From: Alphaproteobacteria bacterium | GTDB taxonomy: Bacteria; Pseudomonadota; Alphaproteobacteria; Micavibrionales; Micavibrionaceae | Direction of reading: 5' to 3' | DNA length: 64,000 nt | NCBI GenBank assembly: GCA_021208265.1 | Contig: JAJOJU010000004.1 | Span: 34,688 to 98,687, forward strand | Part shown: positions 45,453-56,650 of the stretch, in pieces | How positions within the stretch are numbered: position 1 is the stretch's first letter | How the letters are laid out: each line of letters opens with the position of its first letter | Notes under the pieces: model-generated | What the model was told of the DNA's origin: nothing | The model's input: only the letters and a program-made list of their open reading frames with translations | The model's database searches: none | Translations under genes and position numbers: made by a program

Positions 45453-46373
45453 ATGCCCGCCGGAAAAAACAAATTTTATGCCGTATCGGCTATTTTTTTA
45501 CTCGTTACAGGAAATGTTATGGCTGAGCCGATAACACCACGCGATATTTATAACGGTCAGGCAGCAAAGATGCCTGCCTGCCAAACTTATGTATTCGGCG
45601 AAACAGAAGATGCTGACAAACATATGTCTGTGCTGGTCTATAAACCTGCGCAATCGGACTCACAAAAACTGGCTTTTGTACATCATGGTCGCAACGGCAA
45701 GGCCGATGCCCCGCATATGTTGCCTGTGATCAAGGCTTACTTGCGGCAAGGCTATACGGTTATTGCTCCCAACGCTCGTTATTCTGCTGCTAATGACAGC
45801 GCAGGCGAAGCACGTGATTTTACCATCAGCGCCCATACGGAAGATCTGGCTCGCAGTATTGAATGGGCCAAAAGTAACACAGAAATTTTAGGATGGGATG
45901 GCATCAGCTTTGCCCTTGCCGGACACAGTATGGGCGCTTATGCGGCAACATATCTGGCAGCAACCGATTATAAAGATAACACTGAACATGTTCTGGCAAT
46001 ATCGCCCTTCACCAGTGGAGAACGGCAAATTGAAGCACGCCGCAGTCACCCGAACGGCATCGAATTTTTGCAACGGGAATTACCGCAAGCCATGGCAGAG
46101 TGGCCCACGCACGATATCTTCACCGTCATTGATAATCTCACCATGCCGGTATCGGTATTGGTGGGGGAGATTGATAATATTACGCCATCTTATTTCGTGG
46201 CTGATTTTTATAACCGCCTGCCCAACCCCGGCACAATGGAGATCGTTAAAGGGCAGCATCATTGCATCATCAATAATGATTTTTCGCGTGTCGTGGAAAA
46301 CCATCTTACAGGGATGAATAATATAGCTGTTGCGCAGGCGAATGAGGTTCCCGATGCCAAGCCCGAGCTCTGA
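45453..46373 (+). CDS. Secreted alpha/beta-hydrolase (esterase/lipase-like)
   Basis: Signal peptide. Nucleophile elbow GHSMGA. Length and layout fit an alpha/beta fold. Confidence 0.7.
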   Translation: MPAGKNKFYAVSAIFLLVTGNVMAEPITPRDIYNGQAAKMPACQTYVFGETEDADKHMSVLVYKPAQSDSQKLAFVHHGRNGKADAPHMLPVIKAYLRQGYTVIAPNARYSAANDSAGEARDFTISAHTEDLARSIEWAKSNTEILGWDGISFALAGHSMGAYAATYLAATDYKDNTEHVLAISPFTSGERQIEARRSHPNGIEFLQRELPQAMAEWPTHDIFTVIDNLTMPVSVLVGEIDNITPSYFVADFYNRLPNPGTMEIVKGQHHCIINNDFSRVVENHLTGMNNIAVAQANEVPDAKPEL

Positions 46374-47699
46374 TCTTGGTAGTTGGATTGTCTTGCAAAA
46401 AGAGCGCAGCAAAAATTATCTGGCGGCAGCTGTTTCCGCAAACTCTCTCTCTCACGAACGATCTGTATTTGGACAGCGTGTGATGCCCATAGAAGGATCG
46501 GTTCTTGCATCGCCCGTATCCGCCCATTGGAACCCGGAACCCGATTATTTTTATCACTGGACACGCGATGCGGCAATTGTCATGGAAAACATCATCCCTC
46601 TATGCAAGGGCATGGATGGCGCCGCATGGCGCGCACATTTTCAGGATTATATTACCTTCAGCTTAAAAACTCTGGCGATTGATGGTAAATCTTTTTCTCC
46701 TAACCCTCTCACAGATAAGACCCCAAAAAACTATCTGCAATATGTGCGCCCGGCGGAAGAACTTAGCAAGTTGAACCGCGATGCTTTGATGGGAGAACCG
46801 CGCTTTAACCCTGATGCCACACCTGATTTACAAAAATGGGCACGCCCGCAATATGACGGTCCGGCGCTGCGGGCGATGACATGCCTTCATTATTTAGAGG
46901 AAACCGCCACAGAAAAATGGAGCCTACCGAAAGGGCTGGAAAATTTACTGATGCTGGATCTGGATTTCACAGCCCGCCATTCCGGAATGCCCTGCATCGG
47001 CCCGTGGGAAGAAGATAACGAGTTTTCTCATCATTATTTCACGGGCGTTGTGCAGCTGGGTGCACTTCAAAAAGGTTCGAAGTGGGCCGCAGGGAATGGC
47101 TATGACAACCTCGCTACGCGCTGTAAAGATGCGGCACATATTTTGGAAGCATCGCTCGATCAACATTGGTCACAAGAACACCGTACCTATAAGGCAATAC
47201 TCGAAAAACCCTTGATAAATGCAGAAGACGGCTTTGATGCCGCTATTTTAATGGGTGTGCTGCACACAGGCCGTGAGAATGGACGGCATAGCATTCACGA
47301 TGAGCGCCTGCACACCACCGTGCAGCATATGGAAGATTATTTTGCAAAAGCTATCCCGTTAATCACGGGCATGATACCCCTGTTATCGGACGCAGCAAGA
47401 GCGATCAATATTTTGGCAATAATCCGTGGTTCCCCACCAGCCTTGCCTTGACGGAATATTACTATGCGCGGGGGGAAATAACAAAAGGCGACAAGCTCTT
47501 GGAACGGCTTCGCGAAGTTACGCCGGATGATGGATCACTCTCCGAACAATTCGACAGAGCCAACGGCAACGCCGTTTCCGCCCGCCACTTAACATGGAGC
47601 TACGCTGCCTTTCTAAGCGCAGCCCGCGCGCGGGAAGAAGCGCTAACAAAGCAGAAACCTGCCGTTACACCGGCGCTTGATCCGGGCCATCCATCATAG
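46354..47699 (+). pseudogene. GH15 glycoside hydrolase (glucoamylase/glucodextranase-like, catalytic domain only), one frame break
   Basis: PDYFYHWTRDAAIVM and GPWEE. The frame break at about 47346-47350 restores ...SYPVNHGHDTPVIGRSKSDQYFGNNPWFPTSLALTEYYYARG. The exact start is uncertain (46330 or 46354). Confidence 0.8.
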
Positions 47700-48947
47700 A
47701 AATTTCAGGAGCATAAGGCGTTTCAAACTCCAAGATTTTAAGGCCTTCTTTTACTTCCGGGCAGCTCATGAACAAACGCCATAAAAGACCGGAGCGGTAA
47801 TTTTCAATCATCCCCACTATCGGGCCTTGATCAATCGCCAGATAGCTTTTGGCAACCCACCCGGCTGATTCATTAAAAGCATCCTTAAACCCATATTCAC
47901 CCCAGATTTTATTTCCCAGCGTGCCATAAAAATAACGCAAGGCCTTCATTGATTCTTCGGGCGTATAGGGGAAAGATGAAAGGGCCGCCGTTGGCGTAAT
48001 CACCCCGTGATCGTTCGTGGGGGAATGGGCATTATAGCCTTCATGATTATCGCTGGCGGTAAGCCCCCAGCATTCATCGCCATACCCTTTAAAACCGCCG
48101 GGGTTTTCTACGCAATGCGCATGATTAATCAACGCATGATGACGGTTCTGCTGCCAGTAATCGGCATGCTCATCTTTCAGCCCGCGCGGTCTAACCCCAA
48201 GAAAGAATAATGCGTAAAGAAGAGCGGGCCGCCCTTTTCAGGCCCCAGCGGCAATTCACGTTCGTGATAGGTATTGCCGTTTTTAAATTCAACCCCCGTC
48301 AACCAGCTGGCTTCATAGGCTTTGCGGCCTGTACCGTGTATGGGTGATGACGCCGCCAGAACATGGGTGATCAAACATTCGTTCCAACCCATAATGCCGA
48401 GATTATTATCACTCCAGGGGTGATTGGGGCTCCAATGCCACATCAGCTTGTTGTTATCGGGACGCATATATTTATCCCACTCCACCTTCTCCCACATCGT
48501 GTTAATGCGGACAGCAAGAGCCGGATGAGTATCCTTAAAATACTGCCGGGCAGTTAACAGCCCCATCATCAGGAATGATGTTTCAACGAGATCGCCGCCG
48601 TCATCCTTCTCTGAAAACGGGATAACCTTGCCCGTGCGCCCGTCCATAAAATGCGAAAAAGCGCCGTGGAACTGATCGGCTTTTTCCAAAAACGACACGA
48701 TTTTTTCCACTCTTTGTGCCACATCGTCTTTCGCAATAAAGCCACGCTCGGCCCCCGCAATCATCGCCATGATGCCAAAGCCCGTACCACCTGTGGTAAC
48801 GGTGTGTTCAGGATCGTAATGATAACTGCCCGTGCTGCGCTCCCGCGCCATGCCGCTTACGGGGTGACCAAAATCCCAGAAATATTTAAGGGTCTGGCTT
48901 TGTACAAGATCCAGTAATTCAGCATCGCTTAATGGTTTATCCGTCAT
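47665..48947 (-). pseudogene. Cytoplasmic GH144-like paralogue (no signal peptide), one frame break
   Basis: ORFs 48177-48947 and 47665-48132 join near 48189 (FLGLDPRGLKDEHADYWQQNRHHALINHAHC). Same motifs as 43831-45279. It begins 1 nt after the GH3 stop. Confidence 0.65.
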
Positions 48948-48948
48948 A

Positions 48949-51297
48949 TTATTTTACCTCCGGGGCCAGTGTTGCTTCAGGGGCAGGCTGTTTAGCCCAG
49001 TTCACGCGCAAGGTTTGCAGGTCGCGGCTGTTAGGCCCCACCATGATATCAAACGCGCCGCCTTCCCAGTCATAAGTGTAATCTGAAATTGTGCGCGCGT
49101 TATAAAATTTGAGATCATCCGGTGTGATGCGGAAGGTTACGCTGCGTTCCTCACCCGGCTCCAGCTTCACTTTCTGGAATCCTTTCAGCTCCAGAACAGG
49201 GCGGGAGATGGAAGCCACCAGGTCGCGGATATAAAGCTGCGGTGTTTCCTCACCGGCGCGCGCGCCTGTATTTTTGAGTGTGAAACTGATCTCCAGAACA
49301 TCACCTTCGCCTGCCAGCTGCGTTTTGTTTACCTGCGGCGCGCTATAGGAAAAATCAGTATAGCTAAGGCCGTACCCTGCCGGGTAAAGCGGCGTATGCG
49401 GCCCTTCAATGATGCAGGATGTCGTAAATTTCTGGAAGATACGGTTGCCTTTTTCATTCACTTCCTGATCACCGTCAGCCTGCGCCGGGGCGTTTCCTGC
49501 CGGGCGGCCTGTCGGCAGCTGTTCGGTTTTCAGCGGCAGCTGGCCCACATGACGCGGGAAGGCGACACTAAGGCGCGCCGAAGGATTGGCATCGCCAAAC
49601 AGAATATCAGCAATACCGTTTCCGGCTTCCGTACCGGGATGCCATGCCTGCAAAATGGCATCGGCATGCTGCGCTTCATGGGTGAGCGCCAAGGGCCGCC
49701 CGCTCATGGTTACAAGAATAAGTTTCTTGCCTGATTTTTTGGCATACTTCGCCATGGTATCAAACAGCGGACGTTGATCTTGCGGGATCGTGATATCCTG
49801 ACGCGTTGCCGCCTCGCCTGCATGCTCTTTCGCCTCACCCAAGCAAAGCACAATCGTGTCTGATTTTTTAGCGATCTTGAGCGCTTCCTTGATCATTTTT
49901 TCAGGACTGCGTTCATCGATGGAGGCCGGTTTATCATGCGGGTTAAACACATTAAGGCGCGCCGCCACATTGGGGTCGTTCACGATATTGGCGCCCTTGG
50001 CATGCAGAACGCGGCTACCCTTCCCCAAGGCATTTTGCATACCTTCCAGCAAAGTGATGCTGGTTTCAGGTTCTGCCGCCACAGACCATGTGCCTTGCAT
50101 ATTGATTTTGCTATCCGCTAGCGGGCCGATCAGCGCGATGGTTTTCCCGTCTTTTTTCAACGGCAGAGCGCTGTTTTTATTTTCCAGCAGCACGCAGGAT
50201 TTTGCTACAGCTTCCCGCGCCAGTGCCCGGTGTTCGGGTGTGAGTGTCACACTTTTTCTAAGCGCCTCATTCATGCCCATGAAGGGGTCGGCAAAAAGGC
50301 CCAGCTTATATTTGGCTTCCAGAACGCGGCGGCAGGCGGTGTCAATTTCCTCCTCGCTCACTTTTCCTTCCGCCACCAGCTCAGGCAGATAACGCATAAA
50401 GCCTTCACTCACCATGTCGGTTGTGATCCCGGTTTTGAAAGAAAGGTAACTGGCTTCTTTCAAATCTTCGACAACGGCGTGATTAACAACCTCCAGAATG
50501 GCGGTAAAATCGGTAACGGCGAGGCCGTCAAAACGCCAGTCTTTTCGCAGCACATCGTGCAGCAATTCCTGATGCACTGTGGCGGGAATATTGTTGATGG
50601 TGTTGAAGGAAACCATCAAACTGCCCACCCCGGCATCCACCGCCGCCTTGAACGGCACCATAATGGAATGAAGGCTAGAGGGCGACACCTCAACACTGCC
50701 GTAATCACGGGCGGAAAGGCCATAGCCCGCGAAGTGTTTCACCGTTGCCATCACGCGGTCGGGCCGCGCCATATCGTTATCCGGCCCTTGATAGCCGCGC
50801 ACCATGGCTTCGGCAATGCGGGCGCCCAGATAAGGGAATTCACCGTTACCTTCCGAAATACGGCCCCAACGCGCATCGTAACAAACATCCACCATCGGCG
50901 ACCAGTTAAGGGAGATACCTTCCGCCCGCGCTTCCCGCGCTGCCATCACAGCCGTGCGCTCGATCAAATCCGTATCCCACGAACAGGAAAGCCCCAGCGG
51001 AATGGGTAGCAATGTTTTATGCCCGTGAATAACATCCACGCCAAACATAAGGGGAATTTTGTTAGGCCCTTCATTCACCGCAATTTCCTGCATCTTGATG
51101 CGCGCCTCTAAATTCGGCTCCACAGTACTGCCTACTTCACCACGGCGAATGCGCACAGGCATATCAACCGCTTTGGCAATCCCGGTTGTATCCATGCCCT
51201 CGGACGGAGGATGATTAAGCTGACCGATTTTTTCCTTGAGAGTCATCTTGCTCATCAGATCGTCAATAAAACGGTTCATATCGGTTGTATCGGTCAT
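48949..51297 (-). CDS. GH3 beta-glucosidase (BglX-like), no signal peptide
   Basis: 782 aa. N-terminus MTLKEKIGQL. The catalytic-nucleophile region is GLAVTDF. A C-terminal fibronectin-like region is present. Confidence 0.88.
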   Translation of the reverse strand: MTDTTDMNRFIDDLMSKMTLKEKIGQLNHPPSEGMDTTGIAKAVDMPVRIRRGEVGSTVEPNLEARIKMQEIAVNEGPNKIPLMFGVDVIHGHKTLLPIPLGLSCSWDTDLIERTAVMAAREARAEGISLNWSPMVDVCYDARWGRISEGNGEFPYLGARIAEAMVRGYQGPDNDMARPDRVMATVKHFAGYGLSARDYGSVEVSPSSLHSIMVPFKAAVDAGVGSLMVSFNTINNIPATVHQELLHDVLRKDWRFDGLAVTDFTAILEVVNHAVVEDLKEASYLSFKTGITTDMVSEGFMRYLPELVAEGKVSEEEIDTACRRVLEAKYKLGLFADPFMGMNEALRKSVTLTPEHRALAREAVAKSCVLLENKNSALPLKKDGKTIALIGPLADSKINMQGTWSVAAEPETSITLLEGMQNALGKGSRVLHAKGANIVNDPNVAARLNVFNPHDKPASIDERSPEKMIKEALKIAKKSDTIVLCLGEAKEHAGEAATRQDITIPQDQRPLFDTMAKYAKKSGKKLILVTMSGRPLALTHEAQHADAILQAWHPGTEAGNGIADILFGDANPSARLSVAFPRHVGQLPLKTEQLPTGRPAGNAPAQADGDQEVNEKGNRIFQKFTTSCIIEGPHTPLYPAGYGLSYTDFSYSAPQVNKTQLAGEGDVLEISFTLKNTGARAGEETPQLYIRDLVASISRPVLELKGFQKVKLEPGEERSVTFRITPDDLKFYNARTISDYTYDWEGGAFDIMVGPNSRDLQTLRVNWAKQPAPEATLAPEVK

Positions 51298-51315
51298 AGT
51301 GGTTACTCCTTTACG

Positions 51316-53269
51316 TTATAAAAGTGTGGGCTGCCAATCGCTCTCCATCGGCGGCGGCAGGGGAAAAACAGGTTTCATCACGGCAGTGCCACCCTCTTCA
51401 AACTGTAAAACCGTGTCGTAAAACGGTTTCCCCTCGCGCGTGGAAGGCAGGTCCTCATCATGCAAGATGCTGATCACTGTGGCATCAGGGCAGTTCTCTT
51501 TCAACAGTTCGTGGAACAGTAATTTAGCTTCAGGGTCCAAAGCTGAAAATGCTTCATCCAGCAGAATAATATCGGGCTTTGCCAACAAGATGCGCGCCAG
51601 CACAAGGCGCTGTTTTTGCCCGCCGGAAAGAACATCTTCCCAGCGCTTGCCCTTATAATATTCTTCATGCAGATGGGTGATAAACTGGCCCAAGCCAACC
51701 TTACTTAAAACATCCGCCACATCGATATCGGAATATGTTTCTTCATCCTTGGAACCTGCCACCAGCTGCTTGAAATTGGTCTGCGTCAGCTTGATTTCCT
51801 GACAGGCATAAAAGGGAAGCGAATGTTCCGGGAAGCTGATATGCCCGCGCCCGTAAGGCCATTGCCCCACCAGCGATTTAATGAATGACGTTTTACCGCA
51901 GCCTGAAGGCCTTTCAGGCGGACCCACTGCCCCGGCTCAAAATGAATGTCATGCATGGTCACAAAGGCTTCCGCATCATGCCTTCATGCATTAAGGCCAG
52001 GTCTTTTACAGTCAGCCCCGTATCCGGTAGACTGACAGAATACTCAAATTCGGAAATACCGCTTTGCTTATAAAAGGCGCGCGCATCCTGCACCTTTTCA
52101 ACGGCTTCAGCCACTTCAATAATACGGTTGGAATTGGCACGCAAACTGGCAATGGCCGGCATCACATTAATCAGCCACGAACAATCACGAATGAATTCAC
52201 CGACCAGTTCCGCCGATGTTGCGTAATCCTTCAAGCTGATTGATTTTTGCATGTAGGCAGGCGCCGCCACCATATAAGAAAAAATACGGCTGGAAAATTC
52301 GTTGTAAAAATTATTTGTGCCCATGAAAACCGCATTAACGCCGTTTTGTTTATGCCAGGTTTTATCAACAGTGCCGTAGAGGTGCTTGTTGATTTTCTTT
52401 TGAACAGATTCCCCGGCAGAAGCAGAAATTTGAGCAGCGCGGCGCAGAAGCGTTGTTAATTCAGCGCGGAATGTGCCTTCGGCTTTTTGCATGGCGACAT
52501 CCAGTTTTTCCAGCACTCTGCCAATTTTATAAAACCCGTATGTCAGCACCGGAACATATAAAGCGCTGGCCCCGAATGTAATGGCAAGGCTGCCATAATT
52601 ACCCAGAAAATCGAGACCCTGAATAGGCTGCGAAATTTCGGCCAGCTTCATCATGACCAGCACGGATGATGTGACTACACCAAAAATCCCCATCGCCAGC
52701 CCTATACCGCCGCCAGTCATACTGCGTATGGATTCCTGCCAGCGTTGATCGATATTATCAGGCATCGCCTGTAAAGATGGCGAGCATGACTCTTCCGCGC
52801 CCCGGTTGGACTGAAGATGAAGCAATGTATGGCGGTCATTCAAAATGGCTTCGTTAAATTTTCCCGTCAAAAACCCGCGCCATTTACGGTGAAGCGTTTG
52901 AGAGAAAAAATGACGTGTGGCAATCAAACCGATTTTAAGAGCCACAGCCCCGCACAATAATTTGGCGCTATCGGAAAATTGCCCCGCCGGATCAAGGTTT
53001 TCCGGGTTGTGATAGGTGGAATAAGCATGCAAAAAACTTCCGGCTGACTCAGCAACCCATATACCGCTTTGGCTGATGGCATAGGTGAAGGCTGCTACCA
53101 GAAGTGAATACCCCCAGGCTTCTTTCCACTGTTCCGATGTCCAGAAAGAGGAGAGCATGCCCTTAAAGGTACGCATGCCTGATACAGGCGTGCTGAGGGA
53201 TGTGCCGCTGGCCAGTTGCTGGCGCAAAGCGGGCGGTAAAGCCGAAGTTACCTTGTTTTCTTGTGACAT
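51316..53269 (-). pseudogene. Fused ABC transporter (SbmA/BacA-like TMD plus ABCD/YddA-like NBD), two frame breaks
   Basis: After correction near 51960 and 51908 the NBD reads ...VTMHDIHFEPGQWVRLKGPSGCGKTSFIKSLVGQWPYGRG (Walker A), LSGGQKQRL (signature) and IILLDEAFSALD (Walker B). The TMD part starts at MSQENKV (53269). Confidence 0.65.
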
Positions 53270-53397
53270 CCCTGAGTATTCGCGGCTTTTAGCCTTATAT
53301 TTATGGATGCCGAAACGATAGTGTCCACAGAGCCGCTTGACAACCCGCCAGCTGTGCTGCAAGCGCGAAGATGCATATTAAATTCAGAGATTTTATA

Positions 53398-54620
53398 CTA
53401 GAATTCTGTGCTTTCGAGCCATGCCATCATTCGGTGCGCTGCATAAACAGCTGTGGACATTGTAGCCTGTAAAAGATAGCCACCCGTTGGGGCTTCCCAA
53501 TCTAACATCTCACCTGCGATAAAAACGCCTGGTTTACCGGCCAGCATGTAGTTCTGATCGAGAGACTCAAACCTGATCCCGCCGGCAGTTGAGATGGCAC
53601 GCTCTAATGAAAACGCTTCATACAGCCTGACCGGACAGGATTTGATAAGCCGTGCCAGCTCCGCGGGTTTATAGTCTCCCAATATTTTACGGTCAGGATG
53701 TTCCATCAAAAGCCCGGTTGCTAAAGGGGAAAAGTTAAGAGCCTTTCTCAGAAAATTCGAAAATGTATCGCGTCCGCGCGGTTTTTTAAGGCGGCTTTCT
53801 ATGGCATCCAATGTAAGATCCGGTTTTAAATCAAGTTCCAGAAAAACAGAATCGGAACTTCGCAATGCCTGTCTTAGCACGGAAGACAGAGCATAAATCG
53901 CGCTGCCCTCAATACCTTTTTCCGTGATCATGATTTCGCTTTTGATTTTGGTGCCCTTGAAAGCCGCGATAACGGGCTTTAAGGGGTGACCGGAAAATTT
54001 TTGACGAAAGATGTCAGACCATTCTACGGCAAAACCACAATTCGCTGGTTCCAATGGTGATATATCTATGCCTTCCGCCTTCAAAATCTGAGCCCATGAT
54101 CCATCGGAACCCAGACGCGGCCATGAAGCCCCCCCTAAAGCCAGCAGGGTTGCATCCGCCTTGAATGTGGTGTTTCCTGACGCTGTCTTAAAAATCAGGC
54201 TATCGCCCTGCCAGCCTTGCCAGTCATGCCCCATCATCAAACTAACACCTTGCTGCCGAAGCGCGCCAGCCACGCACGCAACAACGGCGAGGCCTTAAAG
54301 CTTTCCGGAAATACCCTGCCACTGCTTCCGATAAAAGTCTTTTCTCCCAGGCCATCACACCAATTGCGTAAACTCTGCGGCGAAAACTCCTGAAGCGGTT
54401 TTTTCAGGACATCAGCCCGGTCTCTATATTTTTCCAGAAAACTATCCCAAGGCTCCGAATGTGTCAGGTTAAGGCCGCCGCGACCCGCCATCAGAAATTT
54501 TCGTGCAGGCGAGGGCTTGCGTTCAAACACAGTAACTGAAAAACCACTCTGGGCAGAGATAATCTCCGCAGCCATCAAACCCGCAGGCCCGCCGCCGATG
54601 ATCGCAATATTTTTACTCAT
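53398..54620 (-). pseudogene. BaiN/RdsA (HI0933-like, TIGR03862-type) NAD(P)/FAD-dependent flavoprotein, one frame break
   Basis: MSKNIAIIGGGPAGLMAAE Rossmann motif. ORFs 54237-54620 and 53398-54273 join near 54260 (AWLARLRQQGVSLMMG). Confidence 0.75.
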
Positions 54621-54940
54621 GCCAATTTCTTTAATTCAAAATAGAAGAAGATATTACACTGCATGAGTACATACAGGCAATTCCATCAGATAATTGAATT
54701 GTATGAACTAATAAAAAACAGGCATCACTTAAAACACTGAATTCAAATACAAGAAAGGCAAGCCAGCACAGCTGGTTAGCTGCCGGGCATCGTCATACTC
54801 ATCGAAGACAGTTAAGTATGTCTTAGGACTTTTATTTTATAAAAGTTTGAATAATCCGATAATTTGTTCTCTCTTTCAAATTTCTTAAATAGCAGGTAAT
54901 TTGTGTCATAAGTCTAGGGAGGCTTTTTCAAGCACATCAT

Positions 54941-56650
54941 TTGAGCCGGTTATCTCATTTTTCAGCGATTCTTTGTCTGTGCGCGGTCTCCTGCCCCGCT
55001 CATGCTCAAATGGCTTTGGGACCGGCTGACCCCGCCCGTATTGACCGGCGCTTGCATACGCCTGACAAGGACTGGCAAAACCTGGAACCCGAAGAGCGCC
55101 CCGGCCAAGCCGTACCTGTTTTACCCGAAGGCTCGGACAACGTTATTTTCACTCTGAACAGTCTTACCATTGAAGGTATGAGCGCCTACACCGAGGAAGA
55201 GGTAGCAGGCTTCTACACCTCCTATATCGGTCAGGAAATCGCTCTTTCAACGCTGTTTGATATCATGGCCACCCTTCAGCAGAAATATCTGGAAGATGGC
55301 TACACCATCACCAAGGTTTTCATCCCCAACCAAAGCATTGAAAGCGGCGCGGCAAAGCTGGTGGTTGTGGAGGGGTATGTGGCAGAGATTGATATCGACC
55401 CTGCTATCCTGCCGGCCCCCATTATTGCCGACACAAAACGGCTAATATTGGCTATGCACCCCTTAAATATGCTGGAATTAGAGCGACTTATCCTTCTCCT
55501 GAATGATTTGCCTGATTTGAATGTCAGCGCTGTTCTGGCAAAACTTACCCCTGATGCGCCTGAAGCCATACCCTCCGGTGCGGTGCGCCTCAGGCTACAG
55601 AAAAACCCGGAAAAATATTCTTACGGCGAAGCCTCGTTTGATAACTACGGCTCTGTCTTCCTTGGCCCCTATGAGGTTAGCCTCACAGCACGCGCGCCCC
55701 ATATAGGCCCCAATTATAGCGAACTCACTGGCTCAACCGTTTTTACCACGTCAGCCAATGAACAAAAATATGGCTATCTGCAATACGACATGCCCCTATT
55801 CGGAGCTTCGGGTACCACATTATCCCTAGCAGCATCCTACGCCGTAACCAACCCCGGAGATGAGCTTAAAACGCTTGAAATTGAAGGTAATTCAAAAAGT
55901 TTAATAGCTAATATTAGCCATTATTTAATCCGGCAAAGGGATGAATCTTTAGCCATCAGCGCTTCTTTTGAATTCAAAAATTCCGAGACAGATATCTTGC
56001 AGCAGGATCTTTACAACGATCGCCAACGCATCCTGACCACCGAAGTGAATTACGGTTTTTCTGACAGCTGGGATGGTTTGAACGTCATCGATTTTCAATA
56101 CGGCAAGGGTCTCGATATTTGGGGAACGCGTGAAGCCGGTTCTGAGAATTTATCGCGGCTGGACGGGCATCCTGATTTTGACAAATTCAATCTGTTTTTA
56201 GCCCGCCTGCAAAACCTGCCCTATGATCTGGGGCTATATACATCCCTGCGCGGGCAATATTCCGCCAAGCCGCTTTTATCGTCTGAAGAGATGAGCTTCG
56301 GCGGACGCTCGTTAGGGAGAGGGTATAACCCCGCCGAAATCACAGGTGATCGCGGTATTGCGGCCAGCGCTGAATTGCGTTTGAACAACGCTGCCCATCT
56401 GGCAGGGCTGGATATCCAGCTCCAGCATTATGCGTTTTACGATGTAGGCAAGCTCTGGAATATCGACAATAACGACACCATCGGCATATCAGCTGCCTCA
56501 GCCGGTTTGGGAACCCGTTTTTTTGAAGGCGATAGCTGGAGCGGTGATATCAATCTGGCCTTCCCCTTAACGCGCGAGCCTGAAAACGCGCCCTCTTATG
56601 CCGAAAATTTCGGCCCGCGCCTGCTGTTCTCGGTAAGCCACAAATTTTAG
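54941..56650 (+). CDS. Two-partner-secretion outer-membrane transporter TpsB (ShlB/FhaC/HecB family)
   Basis: 569 aa. A signal peptide, a POTRA-like N-terminal region, and a C-terminal beta-barrel ending ...LLFSVSHKF. It lies directly upstream of a TPS-domain protein. The TTG start is as in the ORF track and is uncertain. Confidence 0.85.
   Translation: MSRLSHFSAILCLCAVSCPAHAQMALGPADPARIDRRLHTPDKDWQNLEPEERPGQAVPVLPEGSDNVIFTLNSLTIEGMSAYTEEEVAGFYTSYIGQEIALSTLFDIMATLQQKYLEDGYTITKVFIPNQSIESGAAKLVVVEGYVAEIDIDPAILPAPIIADTKRLILAMHPLNMLELERLILLLNDLPDLNVSAVLAKLTPDAPEAIPSGAVRLRLQKNPEKYSYGEASFDNYGSVFLGPYEVSLTARAPHIGPNYSELTGSTVFTTSANEQKYGYLQYDMPLFGASGTTLSLAASYAVTNPGDELKTLEIEGNSKSLIANISHYLIRQRDESLAISASFEFKNSETDILQQDLYNDRQRILTTEVNYGFSDSWDGLNVIDFQYGKGLDIWGTREAGSENLSRLDGHPDFDKFNLFLARLQNLPYDLGLYTSLRGQYSAKPLLSSEEMSFGGRSLGRGYNPAEITGDRGIAASAELRLNNAAHLAGLDIQLQHYAFYDVGKLWNIDNNDTIGISAASAGLGTRFFEGDSWSGDINLAFPLTREPENAPSYAENFGPRLLFSVSHKF

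Noticed and set aside
50230-51009. 259-aa plus-strand ORF, with similar antisense ORFs at 49856-50392, 17968-18612, 40473-41054, 38613-39170, 29201-29719, 8079-8507, 3322-3846 and 13350-13820
   Set aside because: Each lies entirely antisense to a strongly supported gene (GH3, MFS, cusA, cusB, ccoG, the Pro-rich protein, the FYDLN protein, thiC). Their translations are Arg/Pro/Gly-rich, as is typical of shadow ORFs.
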